From assembly GCA_051362555.1 (NCBI GenBank), contig CM120640.1:4898001-4962000 (forward strand): a stretch of DNA of 64,000 bases. Reading direction: 5' to 3'. The DNA is from Lingula anatina (lineage: Eukaryota > Animalia > Brachiopoda). Position numbers and translations under genes: made by a program. Below the pieces are notes generated by a model that did not search any database, was not told where the DNA came from, and worked only from the letters and a program-made list of their open reading frames with translations. How positions within the stretch are numbered: the stretch's first letter is position 1; the number at the start of each line of letters is the position of its first letter. This document shows, in pieces, positions 12,701 through 24,554 of this stretch.

Positions 12701-15700
12701 TCAGGATGCTCCCACATGACTTCCGCCTTGCTGTCTTAGATTTCCCCTTTGTATCTGCCTCACACCAAGCAACATCACTGAGCACAGTGACTTTGCTCTT
12801 GCTGGGCATTCCACTGCCACTGGGTTCATTTTCAGTTTCCACAGGGCTTTCATCTGATGTGTCTGTGTGTAAGGTATCACTGTCTTTAACTTCCTTTCGT
12901 CTTTTACCTTTGGGATTTTCCAAAGATGAACCAATTTCTTCCACCGATGCACTTTTTCTCTTTTGTCCTTTCTTTCTCTCATTCCCACCTATTATGCTGG
13001 GCAGTTGGCCAGATGCTTTTGTGGGTGCTACTAATACTGATGCAGGTGATAATTCTTTCAACGTCATCAACTTTCTCTTCCTAGCTGCTATTCCTGGCTT
13101 GAAAAGATCATTCAAATTCTTGACAGCATTGGTAGCTGCCTCTGGGGATTGCTGTCTTTGAATATTATCTAAAATATATAAATATAGAATTTTTCCAATT
13201 ATAGGCATCATTAAGAAAGTAACATAATCATGTAAGAATCTTAACAAACTCATACAATTATCGAACATTGGAAGTTTCATTGTCTAGCAATCATACAGAC
13301 ACAAAATCGAAAAATAAATAAAACTGATTGACAACTTTCAAAAAATAAATTCAGAAAAGTGTGTGCAGGTGTCTTTATTAGGAAGGCAACCTAGTCTCTC
13401 ATCCTGTCTTACCAAATAATCTTCTTTGCAGAGGTGTTGTTCTCACACCACTACACACTGGTGAGTCCTCCTCTGAAGGTACATCAACTGAAATTTTTGA
13501 CATCAATGAGAACATGTCAACAAGACATATTTACCACTGTAAACAGCTGTCAGACTTAAATCAATCACCTTGCTGTCTCGAGATGGTCTTCCAAACTTTC
13601 TGCCATTATATTTATTTCTAAAACATAGTTAATAATATATCTTATTTAACCATGAGGATTTCAAAAGGCAGCTTTTTTCAGCACATTGCTGATTAATAGC
13701 AAAAATATTTTAAAATGTTAACTATTTTCCTTAAAGCAATAATAACTCTTCCTTTGAGATTCAAAAATCCGCATGAAATACATTGTAAACAACCCATGGA
13801 AATATATTCTATTGTATTTTACTACTAAAACGGCCTCTATTGTAGGAAAACTAAAATCTGTGCTTGTCAATAGGGCTTTCGATGCCTTTTTTCCAGTCGA
13901 CAAGTGCATTCGTTGCTAATGACGTAATGGTGTCACGCGGATTCTCGCGTTCATTCGAGACCAAAATAACATGGCGGGAAGCCCTCAGACGTAAGTTGCG
14001 AGTTTTTGTACAGTGCGTCGGATAACGAAAAGCCCAGAATGGCACACATTGTGGATATAAATGCATTTTTAACAAAAAGACGAATATATCTCATGAATCT
14101 TATATGGTGTTGTTGTTGTCTGCTTTTACCGCGGTTTTAAGTAGGTCACCAGTGACTTTGCAATGTCAGAGAGAGCTCCGTCAGTTAAAATCTCTTAAGA
14201 GATTTTAACAAAAAACCGTACGTTTAGGAAAAAAACCCTGGATTAACTTTGAATGCAGGAATGGGGTCGTTGGCCATTGGTAAGTACGGGAAAATTGCCG
14301 TTTTTTCCAGGAAAATCCAATTTTTGGCCAAAACGAAGAGTTATTATGACTTTAAACAAAGTACAATATCAATAGCATTAGGTGAAAATTCATGTACCAG
14401 TTTGGACAAATAAAATAACAATATTTGTACAAACCAATAGAGCCAGTGCTCTGTCTGCTGCGCTTCTTTTCTGTGGTCTCCTGCAGAGATTCCTGCCTTG
14501 CCCTCATGCTTGGTGGGGTGTCAGGTATGGTAACATTAGGGGAGGGGTCATCTGACAAACACTAGAAATCAATATATTCCACATAGAATGACAAGGTGCA
14601 CATTTCATACTAGAAGATCAGAGAGGTGATACTGCCTCCTGGGTGTGTACCACCAGCACATATTAACAAAGGGCACATTTCAATAACTAATTGAAGTAAT
14701 CAGTATCTGAAACTTTACATTCATGTGATAATTTACTGCTTCCGCTTTTAAATCTTAAAAGAAAAATATTTTAAAAAGGTAGAAAAAAGACTTACTGGAC
14801 TCTGTGGCTGAGTTTCTGCAGCCAAAATAAGCGGTTTAGATCCAGGTGTATTGAAGTCTGCCAAACCAGCATTTTTCCATTTGTTTGCCAAAGCAATCCT
14901 CTTCCTCCTCTTTTCCCCTCTCTCTGCACTATTTGCAACATCATCATCGAAATCTGTAGGTTGCATAGACTTGGCTTTCTGCAATTGAGCAAATTATACA
15001 TATAATATTGGTACAGACACTTTGTAAGTCCACTGTGCTTTATGGACAGACTTGACAAATATGCACTTTATTTTAACATTTGTCTGGACTTGTAGAATTT
15101 CTCAACACTTCCCCGTAAATTTTGGAACACTGTATTCTTACCCTATATCTGCCAATAAGAATGGGTGTTTTATCTTCTGCTGCCACAGGATACTGAGATT
15201 CAGGGACCTTCACCTGTTGTTTTTTGCAACTGGAAACAGAATCAACATCAAAAATAAATTTCCTGGTGTAATATTAAACAAATAAATGTTAACAATCAAC
15301 ATAAAATTAACAACTATGTACATTTTTAAATGATAACAAAATTTAAAAATACTCTAAAAAAAAGTAGGTTTCCATTTCAGTAAAAACATTCTTGATTAAT
15401 TAACCATTAAAAATTTAAACACATGTACAAAATTTACTAGAACATTACTATTTTCTGTCAGTTGAACAAACCTGTCCACCCACAGGACTGTAACTAAATG
15501 AAGGCCCTTCTTTTTTGCCCTGTCTCTGGTACTTTTCTTGCCATCCTTGAAGATAACATGTGTCACTTCATTGGTGAACTTCTTGACAACTGTGGCACCT
15601 AAAGCTTCCAGTTCCTTGCCTATAGCTTGGCTTCTGTTATCTGAATTTGTACGGACTTCAACATATGCTACAACATCTGAAAATATATTTTAATTTCTCT

Positions 15701-16480
15701 CTATTATTATTATTGTGTTAGATATTCATGGCCATTTCTGGCATTTTTTTATTTACATGTATCTTGTGCATTGTATGCAGGTGGTTGTGCACAGGGAGTA
15801 AAAATAAATTAGGATTTATACAAATTGGAAATATAGTAAGTCAATGGCACAAATTCTGAAATTTTCATTTTCTGGAAACATAAGCTATTCCTAGACAATG
15901 CATTAGTTGTCTAATTAGACAATGCATTATTTATTTCAATTTTTTTCTAATTTTTGGCTGTTACTTCAGTTCTAGGCTTCATTCACATGCAATGTCTATT
16001 TTCTAAATTCTATTTTCTATTTGCGGTATCTTATGATCATGGTCTGTGCCCTGAATATCCCGCGGCGTAATTACTGGCAGCGCGAGCCAGTTACTATACT
16101 CGCGCTGCCAGTAACTTATAGTAACTGGCTCGCCTTGGCCAGTAATTACGCCGCGGGATATTCAGGGCACAGACCGTGATCATAAGACATGCCGCGAATA
16201 GAAAATAGAATTTAGAAAATAGACATTGCATGTGAACGAAGCCCTAGTCATTAGAAATATCAGGGAAAATCTGAAGTCTCCCCTCACCTTTTAAGACACT
16301 ACTAGAACTTTTTGCTGGGAGACTGTTTTCGTCAGTGCTGTTATTACATAAAAGAGACACACTTGAGCTGCTGATGTTCCTCTCCAAAGTGCTCTTCAAG
16401 TTGATGGAGGCAAAGGTGGAATTGGGGGTGCTAATGGACCTACGACCGTGTGAAATAAATGCTGGTGTTAAAGTCTCCAT
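6760..16480 (-). CDS. MCPH1: Microcephalin (N-terminal BRCT plus tandem C-terminal BRCTs)
   Basis: Minus-strand exons with consistent phases: 16480-16288, 15676-15472, 15229-15142, 14978-14796, 14561-14435, 13487-13413, 13168-11857, 11664-11502, 11275-11198, 10890-10750, 10465-10378, 6842-6760 (TAA). Diagnostic peptides: [101 protein letters not shown]. Confidence 0.95.
6964..7276. mobile_element. Foldback MITE (about 125-bp inverted arms) in last MCPH1 intron
   Basis: ggtcccattcagat..agtgctagctagg..tcctgtaatggtct..ctctcaca mirrored by tgtgagag..agaccattacagga..cctagctagcact..atctgaatggtccc. Confidence 0.8.
7312..10351 (-). mobile_element. Non-autonomous Helentron/HINE-like element, family 1, with internal 146-bp satellite
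   Basis: 5' end (minus) has subTIR TTGTACCACCAGC within a palindrome at 10320-10350. 3' end has inverted subTIR GCTGGTGGTACAA, hairpin GAGGCG-GTAT-CGCCTC and terminal CTAGT. Second copy at 55122-57316. Confidence 0.8.
7517..9375. repeat. 146-bp tandem satellite, about 12-13 units
   Basis: gtaggtcaaaggtca-type motif recurs at 7661, 7807, 7953 and onward with 146-bp period. Confidence 0.95.
13735..14351. mobile_element. TTAA-flanked MITE with AG..CT termini (Kolobok-like) in MCPH1 intron
   Basis: TTAA-agcaataataactcttcc ... cgaagagttattatgact-TTAA. Right half is homologous to 59420-59590. Confidence 0.7.
14609..14657 (-). mobile_element. Isolated 3' terminus of Helentron-like family 1
   Basis: actagaagatcagagaggtgatactgcctcc..tgtaccaccagc matches 7312-7360. 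Confidence 0.65.
15975..16243. mobile_element. Near-perfect palindromic MITE with 3-bp CTA target duplication (PIF/Harbinger-like)
   Basis: cta|ggcttcattcacatgcaatgtc... and ...gacattgcatgtgaacgaagcc|cta, about 125-bp arms, in MCPH1 first coding intron. Confidence 0.8.
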
Positions 16481-16729
16481 CTTGACTTGATCTTGGTTCT
16501 GTCAAAACCCTTCTCCCTAGAAGTAGAAATGTAAATGCTATGCTTATAATATTTCAACGATCAAAAGATTACCCCTCCGGCTCAACCTATGCCATTAAAT
16601 AAAACGAAGTAAAAAGTGTGGAGGTGTATTCGTCTTGTAAAGCATCCCGAGCCTTGCTGTAGGGTGATTCAGTAAATAAATGTTCGAAGATTTCTGGCAA
16701 TGAAAATCAAACATTTGCCTCTCACCTAT

Positions 16730-17140
16730 TATGACATTGTGCTCAATATCAGTTCAGGATCTTTTGCCAAATCAAACCACAGACAACTCACAGGCTGGTG
16801 TTTCAAACTGCTAGAATGGTAAGATTCCTCGCACAAATAGCCTCTGTGATCTCGTTTCTATCACTTTCGAAAATGGCGCTAGTGCACGTCGAGACTTGTT
16901 GGTCACATGGCAGCTTACTTACATTCTCGTTCATAGACCCATGGATAAATTGCAAACGTGTCGCATATTTCTGATTATTGTCATAGTCAGAGAGTGTCAG
17001 GAGCGGGTTAGCGATTACCAACAACCATGTATTGTATTTCTACTTGATAAAATATTTTCGGAATCATTTCGACCCATTTCTAAGTCTCGCATTATCTCCT
17101 TCCGTATCTAGGTCAAGAGGAAGTTGACATCAACAACGGA
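16730..17140. promoter_or_regulatory. Bidirectional promoter/5'UTR region for MCPH1 (-) and SAMD12-like (+)
   Basis: Relatively CpG-rich segment between divergent first donors (minus donor near 16725, plus donor GTAAGT at 17160). YY1-like AAAATGGCG near 16870 and ETS-like GGAAGT near 17119. Confidence 0.6.
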
Positions 17141-17819
17141 TGGCACCTGTAATAAATGAGTAAGTTTTGTGATTATGATAAAAATTTCTTGGACTTTAAG
17201 TATCATTATACGTACAAAGGCTCTGTTAACTACTGTCCAATTACAATTTTGATTACACGGTATATAAGATGGGGGGCAATGACGTTGATTTTTTTTATTA
17301 TAATTTATATTTAATTTTCAGTATTTATATTTGCCTCATAATAATAATATAGATAATATAAGAGCTTTGGTGTCAATTTAACCATCTGAACATCTTGGGT
17401 TTTACATGGTTCAAGTTGATTATTCCATAGAAGTTTAATTTGATGATAGAGTAACAAAAGTCAGATTATTTTTCAATTTTATGCATCATTGGATTTGTCC
17501 TTGAGGCAATTAACATATTTATTTGCCTGTGCATAATATACAGTGTACTGAGTATATATATTCAGTTTTATTTAACTGCGTTCTTATGAGTCATATGAAA
17601 TAGAGAAACAAAAGCTTTAGGCCCACCTTTCAGATTACTTAGTCCACATGTGTAAATGCAAGCCATGAATTAATTTTGCTGAATTTAACTTTTTAACTTA
17701 GTACACTGTACATGTACTTTGCCACTGTACATCATGTCACCCTATCTTAAAAATAATTTCACAGAAATTCCTGCTAGGCCGGGTCAGTATGTGTTCTTGA
17801 CAACCACCTGCTCAGCCAG

Positions 17820-19203
17820 ATGGAGGCCACAGAGTCGGTTCTCTCTAGGCCTCACTATGTGAAGAATGTGACTGCTTCATCCAAGGTAATCACTATTTTC
17901 TAAAGGATGTATAGCCACATGGGAAATACCCTCACTGGATTTAATACAGGAGTTTAATGCTTGTTAGAGTAATGTGATTGCAAGTGGCTTAAAGTCTGTA
18001 TAATTCGAATGTTTTGTTTTCATACTGTAATTCATTATGTGTATATCTTTTGTTTTTTTTATTCATTAATGATTGCAATTATCTTGACGCCGTTTTGTAG
18101 ACAGTCATAAAATCAAGACAAAAGGAACCTGCCAGCAAAAAATCCACCAAAGGCAAGGGTCCTAAGCCCCTTTATTTCTGGGGCAAAGCAGATGTTAATA
18201 AATGGTTGAGGAAACATGGAGGCAATTATTATCAGCTTTATGGGCAGCTGTTTTTGGACCATGAAATATCAGGTATCATTTACAAACTTTGTTACATTGA
18301 CAAAGAAAAATATAAAATAGGCATTTAACATAAACCAGTTTTCAAGTCCATTTGTGTTGAATATGCAAAAGTGGAAAATTTATTGAAAATAGTACTCTTG
18401 ATTAATCTGTTTTGACAAATTTATTTGAGTTCCACACACATTTCATGTTCACATTTCTTTTAGATTTGTGTTATTTCTTTTATTTTTTCTTTAAGGAAGA
18501 GCATTGATTAGACTCAGTGATATGAAACTTGGGAGAATGGGTATTCAAAACCCAGAACACAGGTAATGTAACTGAGTAAAAATATCTTGAATATATTCAA
18601 AGTACTATAAGCATCTTACACAAGGCTCACATGAACATGAAATGTGTTCTAGCCACAAAGATGAAAAGATCAACAATTCTTAATAAAGTCAGAAAATTAT
18701 AGAAAAAAATTCTCATTTATTTTAGCCAAATGATATTTTTGCAAGCATTTTGACATTTTTATTTCTAGTAGTAGTAGTATTTGCCAGAAAAAATTATCTA
18801 TCCTTTTATCCACATAAGACATAAAAAGAGGATATTCTTTATTTTTCTTGAAATTCTGTTTTAATTCTGATAGTTTTCATTTGCAGAGAAGATTTAATGC
18901 AGCTGATCTTACACCTGAAATTACGCAATGAAGCGGCAGAGTTGAAAAATTTGGAACAAAAGGGTATGTTAACCCAAAAAGTTCATCAATTTAAAACTGA
19001 GTAAAATGACAGCAGGCAAGTTATAAATACATTTTATTTATTTTCTTTGATGAAAGCAGGAGTTCTAAATTTTGTTCTCAGTTATGTCATTTTACTAGTA
19101 GATACTAGTAGGTGGGTCCTAGTTCTGAGCAAATTGTTTTCTCAATGTCAAATTTTATCTCCATCTGACACCAGGTTTGTCCTACGACTCCAAGAACAAG
19201 TGA
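17820..19203 (+). CDS. SAMD12: Aveugle/SAMD12(SAMD10)-like SAM-domain adaptor
   Basis: Exons 17820-17885, 18101-18272, 18496-18562, 18887-18963, 19175-19203. Peptide KPLYFWGKADVNKWLRKHGGNYYQLYGQLFLDHEISGRALIRLSDMKLGRMGIQNPEHREDLMQLILHLKLRNE resembles the SAMD12/aveugle SAM domain. Start codon and last exon are less certain. Confidence 0.88.
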
Positions 19204-21699
19204 TTTGTGGCTAATAACAAAATGGTGCTACCCAGACATGAAGAGCTGACACCTCTGTATAGAATTTGTGACAGTTTAACTTCTGAAGAGTTCCTGAGGC
19301 AGACTGACAGCCTAAAAACGTGACAGTAGATTGCAAGTAGAGAATAGCTATACTATTTAAACTCTTTTTACATCTTAACTCTATTTTTTAATGAGGTGCT
19401 GCGCTATCAGCAGTAACTGTATTATAAAAGGAACTTCTTTGCAAGAAGTGTTTGTCAAAAAATTTGGTTTGAAAGATTTTTTTATTCATCACAGTTGTGC
19501 AACAATTGTTGTCAAAAAACCCTTGTGAAAACAGTATCAGGGACTCTCATGTCTCACAACAATTACGATAAATCCTCTAGTGTTTGGTGTAGATTAAAAA
19601 CATTATGGGTTCATATATGTGGTGATTTCTTTTATTTTCCTAAACAGTGCAACTTTTTTCATCTAAGAACCATAGTGTCTCATAAATAGTGTGAAAAACT
19701 GCATTCTTTGGTTACTTATCAATATTACAACTGCATTTTCTGTCAATGTTAATATGTGCTTTTAAGGTCACAGGCAACTTTTAAACAGCTGGTAACTAGA
19801 ACTTAGTATTTAAATGGACAAAAATGTAAAGGGATCAAATTAATAAAGTGAACAATTCTGAAGACTTTCATGACAGTTGACACAAACTTACACTAGTTTT
19901 CAAAGTAAGCACACTTTTATTTTATCTTTATTGTGCAATTATACTTTGTGTCATGTATTGTATAGGTACTTAGTATGTAAGACATTCATATTTTCACGCT
20001 TATTTTTAAGTCATGGATTGTAAACTCATTCGTAATTGATTTTAAAATCATTATGTTTTTGCATCATTTTACAGCAGCTGAGACACATTTTAAGAGTTGG
20101 GCTAATAAAAAAGGGATGTGAGACAAATTGCATTTTGTTAAAAAAAAAATGATAAATTATTTAACATTGTAATACGCTATAGCCCAGTGGCCCCTGGATA
20201 GCAAATGGCTCAAATAAGATCTGCAGTCCACTTACATGTGCCGGTGATGTCTGCAGGCATTTGACATTTTGTTAGCCTTTTCCTCTGAACTACAAACTTT
20301 TTTGGAAAATGTGTGTACACAGTACTTTTGAAACATGAGTGATGGGATATTGACAGAGATTTTTTTTAGTTCAGTATTTCCATGCTAACAATTTGTCACT
20401 TTATCAGTAAGAACAGAGGCAGTTTGATTGTTAATTCATTTTTTAGATGTAAGGTATTTTTGAATCAGTTTGATGCAAGTCTGAGTTGGAGCATGCTTCT
20501 CTTCAGCTTTCAAAGCATATAAAGATAAATAGATAACAGCCAGTCAGTATAATAAAAGGGGATATTGAAAACAAAAGGTACATAAAACATTGTGGGCACA
20601 TTTGTTTTATACAGTACAGAAGTAAAAGAAAAATGCATTTCAATCATTCATTGGTTTTTAATTGAAGTTGTTCTTTTAATTATTAAACATATACTGAATT
20701 GTCAGTCTTATTCTACTTAGAGATGTTTATTCATATGACATACTACATATATTGGGTGTATTCATGTAATCATTGCTTGAACTGTTATTTTATTTGGTCT
20801 TGTACTCTATATAAATCATTTTGCTCTTTAAAACATCTTGGTTGATTTTCTCTCTATATTTTTCTTTAATGTGATGAACTATGTATACATTAAACACAGC
20901 ATAGGTGAAAGAGAAAACAATTTATTACAACTATTTCCATGCTATTACATAAGACTAAAAATCACATTTGAGGTGGTAAACTATTGGTTTCTTGTAATGA
21001 CAAAAATGATCTTTGATCTAAGAAACTTTGCACTAAAATGTACATAAATATAAATCAGCAAAGCTGACAAACGTTCAGAACAGTGTCTGCATCAAAAATG
21101 AACAAGGAATGATTTAGCTTAAAACAGGGTCACATAATATATGTTTTCCCAGTTCTGTTTCGCTGGAAATTTATACACATATATTTATATGCACATTTTG
21201 TATATTATGGAAATATATCATCTATCTATGTCACTTTTACAAAAATAAACAATCCTGTAAAACAGAGATGATATAATGAAACTGTTTACCTACCAAGATC
21301 AGAAATATGAACATAAAAAAAAAATTTTAAGGAAAATAAATATGAGATCACATGAGATGCATGAAGGGTCCTAGAAGTCGGCGTACAGCTTACTTCTAGA
21401 AGTCTTTGAACACAACTTTTGTTGCTGCAAACTTATTGATCTTTATTGAGAAGAAAATGATCTAACCTCTGCACCATTTCGGTTCACTTTTTGACTGTCC
21501 AACAAACACTGCAGGTGCTATATATTTCATTGTTTTGTTCACCATGACTAAACAAAGACCCTAAGTAAGTCAGACAAGATAGTGTTGATATTTTACAGGA
21601 AATCTACACAATCGCAATGAGCATGCAAGAGATGTGCGCTGTGGGAAGAAGAAGACCATAGGTAAGTCTTTGCCTCTATAACCATGACTGACATGCAAT

Positions 21700-22160
21700 C
21701 AAAACTGATCTTGTCAGTACAATTATTGGAGAAATGGACAAAACAAGACTGAGGCCCAAAAGAGCGCAGAAACGTTAACCAAAAGTGAGAGGGCAAGTGC
21801 TAGCAAATTTGTGCCCTCAAAAAGGCCTCCAGCAGCAAATAAGGGTACAAGTACCACTACTAGATCTAAAGACAAAGCAAGGCCCGAACAGGAGATGCCA
21901 ATGCAGGCAATCAAAGCCAAAGAAAATTTTTCACGAGCTAAAGGGCTGGAAAGTGCATCATGTGATGCAGCTATTAGTGAAGTCGCTGTGACACAACAGC
22001 TTGTTTATGAGTACGCGACAACTTCGCTGCGTGACCCACAAGCCCAAATTGATACTCTTACTAAGGCAGTGTCTATAATTTTGCCTGTGGTTCAGCAATA
22101 TGCAAGTTAATGATTCATCAGAGGAAGTAGACATTGTTGAGGACGATTATGCCAAAGAAG
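21700..22160 (+). pseudogene. Degenerate gag-like N-terminal relic (probably DIRS)
   Basis: Low-complexity ORF ending QIDTLTKAVSIILPVVQQ plus an acidic stretch, similar in layout to the DIRS gag at 25779 (QLKNINAAMAKLMPVVAE). Confidence 0.35.
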
Positions 22161-22165
22161 AATTA

Positions 22166-22335
22166 TGTCAAAGAAGAATCAAGCAGTGACGCTGGGGGTC
22201 ACTCATACTACCTTGTGTGTCATTATTAACATTGGAGTCAACAATGCATACATTGTGTTCTGGTCTCTCAATACACAAACATCAAGTCACGTGATATCAA
22301 GAGACAGCACGGACGCAACATTTGGCGGAAGACTA
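22166..22335 (+). mobile_element. Old LTR-like sequence (TG..CA) followed by a TGGCG PBS-like motif
   Basis: tgtca...gcaaca-tt-tggcggaag. Homologous to 32630-32642 joined to 34489-34600. Followed by a short coiled-coil-like ORF 22453-22680. Confidence 0.45.
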
Positions 22336-23776
22336 CAAAAGGAAGATCTGCAGCAGGGTGAATAAGGTTTAATAACAGTGGGCCCATATTCAAGCACTAA
22401 TCATCAGGTTTAATAACTCTGTGCCCCAAGTTTCAGATACTACCCAGTCATTATGATGGAGGAAGCTGGCACTAGCAGTGGTTCTGTGCCAAATGATCAG
22501 TTTCTTGCCATGTCTCAGGCAATGGACAAGATTGTGAAGTCCATTGACCACATGGCCAAATCCCTCATGGATAAAATGGACGGCTTGAGTGGGATCTTTA
22601 ATCAGGAATCAGCAAGTGTAAAGGGAACTGCCTGTGATCCAAACCAGTTGTTAATCCAGAATTATCGTTGCAAACTATAATTACTTTTATAACCAAGTAC
22701 TTGCTGGCTATATCACTGGGAGTCTCCCTTCTGAACTTAATCTAACATCTGGACACCAGACTTCATGGCTGCACATGCACATTTCAAAGGGTGAGCATTA
22801 CATCACATTGTCCATTGGCAGGTCACTACTGGTCCACAAGGGTAAGTAACCACAACTTTTACTGTCTTACAACCAGACAGCCTTTGGCCACTCAGTAGGA
22901 CAGCAGGGAAACAAGACTGGTAGGACTAGACAACAAACCTGCTTAAGAAAGCAAGGTAGGACCTTTTTTATTATCGTTCATTGTACACACGTACCAGTAC
23001 GGTACTTTAGCAGTCTGTATTATATTAGTAGCTGCGACGTGCACTTGCGCCAGTTTCGCTCGCTTGTAAACAAAAAAGAGCAAAGGTCAAACATGCGCAT
23101 GCCTCACCACTAAACTTCAAAAAATTAGTCTTTTCTCGCAAGTTACCTTCGCTGGCATTCACATTTATCATACTGTTTACCTTACATACTATCTATTACT
23201 GGAGCTCTATTTGGCTATGCACAAAAAGTAAGTACACGAGCGACCGTCTCCTGCTACAGGTACTTCATTTTCAATATGGCGCTTTTTCATATAGTGCATC
23301 CGGGCACGGCATAATTACCTTGCACCTGGCCCAACGGCAGTTGCCAAATGCACGTGTACTACACCACACTTTCTGCATCCATTTATTTAATCTTGTTTTA
23401 CACAGCTCGTATAGTCCTTACTACGCCATATGCTTCATTATACATGTACTCCAAAACATACACAGCGGAAGGATACATCTCTGGCGCAACAACCGCACCC
23501 TCGACCTCCGTCTAAAAAGGGGGTATATATGCCTTCATAAATACGATTTTGGGTATCACAACATATCCTACATCTTTCTTTACACCAGCCTTGCACCTAG
23601 GGCGAACACCGCCAACCTTATTATTATTAAGCGCAGGCTATTTATATTCCGTCCACTTACCTATACCCTCAGCATGTTCCTGCATGGTAGCCATTATAGC
23701 TTCCCCACTTTTCATTATTTATTATCACCTATATTTCACTACTTAACCGCTACATTAAACATGTTCTCCAGCCAGC

Positions 23777-24406
23777 ATGTTCCTTCCTTCCAGCATGCTG
23801 AATTCTACAATTAATGCAGAATTAATGGGACTACAATTAATGGGACACAGCTTTATATCAAGACTACAGGAATACTCACAGGAGGACAACAGTTTTGATT
23901 TGGATCTCCAGGAAACTTTCAGTGGTCAACGTGGCACCAACATATACAGCTTTCTCCAGCAACTGCGAGCTCCCCACTCCCCCTTGAGACACCACATCCG
24001 CGCGAGCAACATAATCATCTGCCAGCTAGGAGAGACCAATCTCGCCACCGGGATTTCACCGATTGAAGTCACGACCCAAGCAATGCGGCTAGTATGAGAA
24101 TGCCACCGCATAAATCCCTCCCTTCATTTTATCTGGTGCCAGCTGTTTTACCGCTGTCGATCACCAAGAGGCAGAATAACAACTAAACAACAAGAGTTTA
24201 CTTTCAACATGTCCATAGACGAGACCAATCGCCTTCTAAAACATAAACTCAAGGACATGAATAAGGCCAGGTACTGGCGCCACATCGGGGCAACTCTCCA
24301 TGGCAAACAAATGCTCAACATAGATGGCACCCATCTAAACCACTGGGACACCACAAAGTACTACCGCTCCGTCAGGGACGCACTCTTGCATGAAAAAAAA
24401 GAGTAA
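23777..24406 (+). pseudogene. SGNH/GDSL hydrolase ORF of the YR retrotransposon, one in-frame TGA at 24095-24097
   Basis: ORFs 23777-24097 and 24209-24406 share a frame. Block I LMGHSFISRL, block II GQRG, block III QLGETNL, block V DGTHLN followed by KYYRSVR. Confidence 0.75.
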
Positions 24407-24487
24407 GTCCAATCATCACAACCCAGCATGAATATAAGCATACCTTTCCTTGCATACATAGTTATATAGAACATATATAGATAAATC

Positions 24488-24489
<2 letters not shown>

Positions 24490-24547
<58 letters not shown>
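24490..24547. repeat. (TA)n microsatellite
   Basis: Long TA run. Confidence 0.95.

Positions 24548-24554
<7 letters not shown>

Noticed and set aside
12610-13161. 183-aa plus-strand ORF
   Set aside because: Antisense shadow of the large MCPH1 exon.
23320-23814. 164-aa ORF upstream of the SGNH ORF
   Set aside because: Non-ATG start, no motifs, composition typical of the element's untranslated leader.
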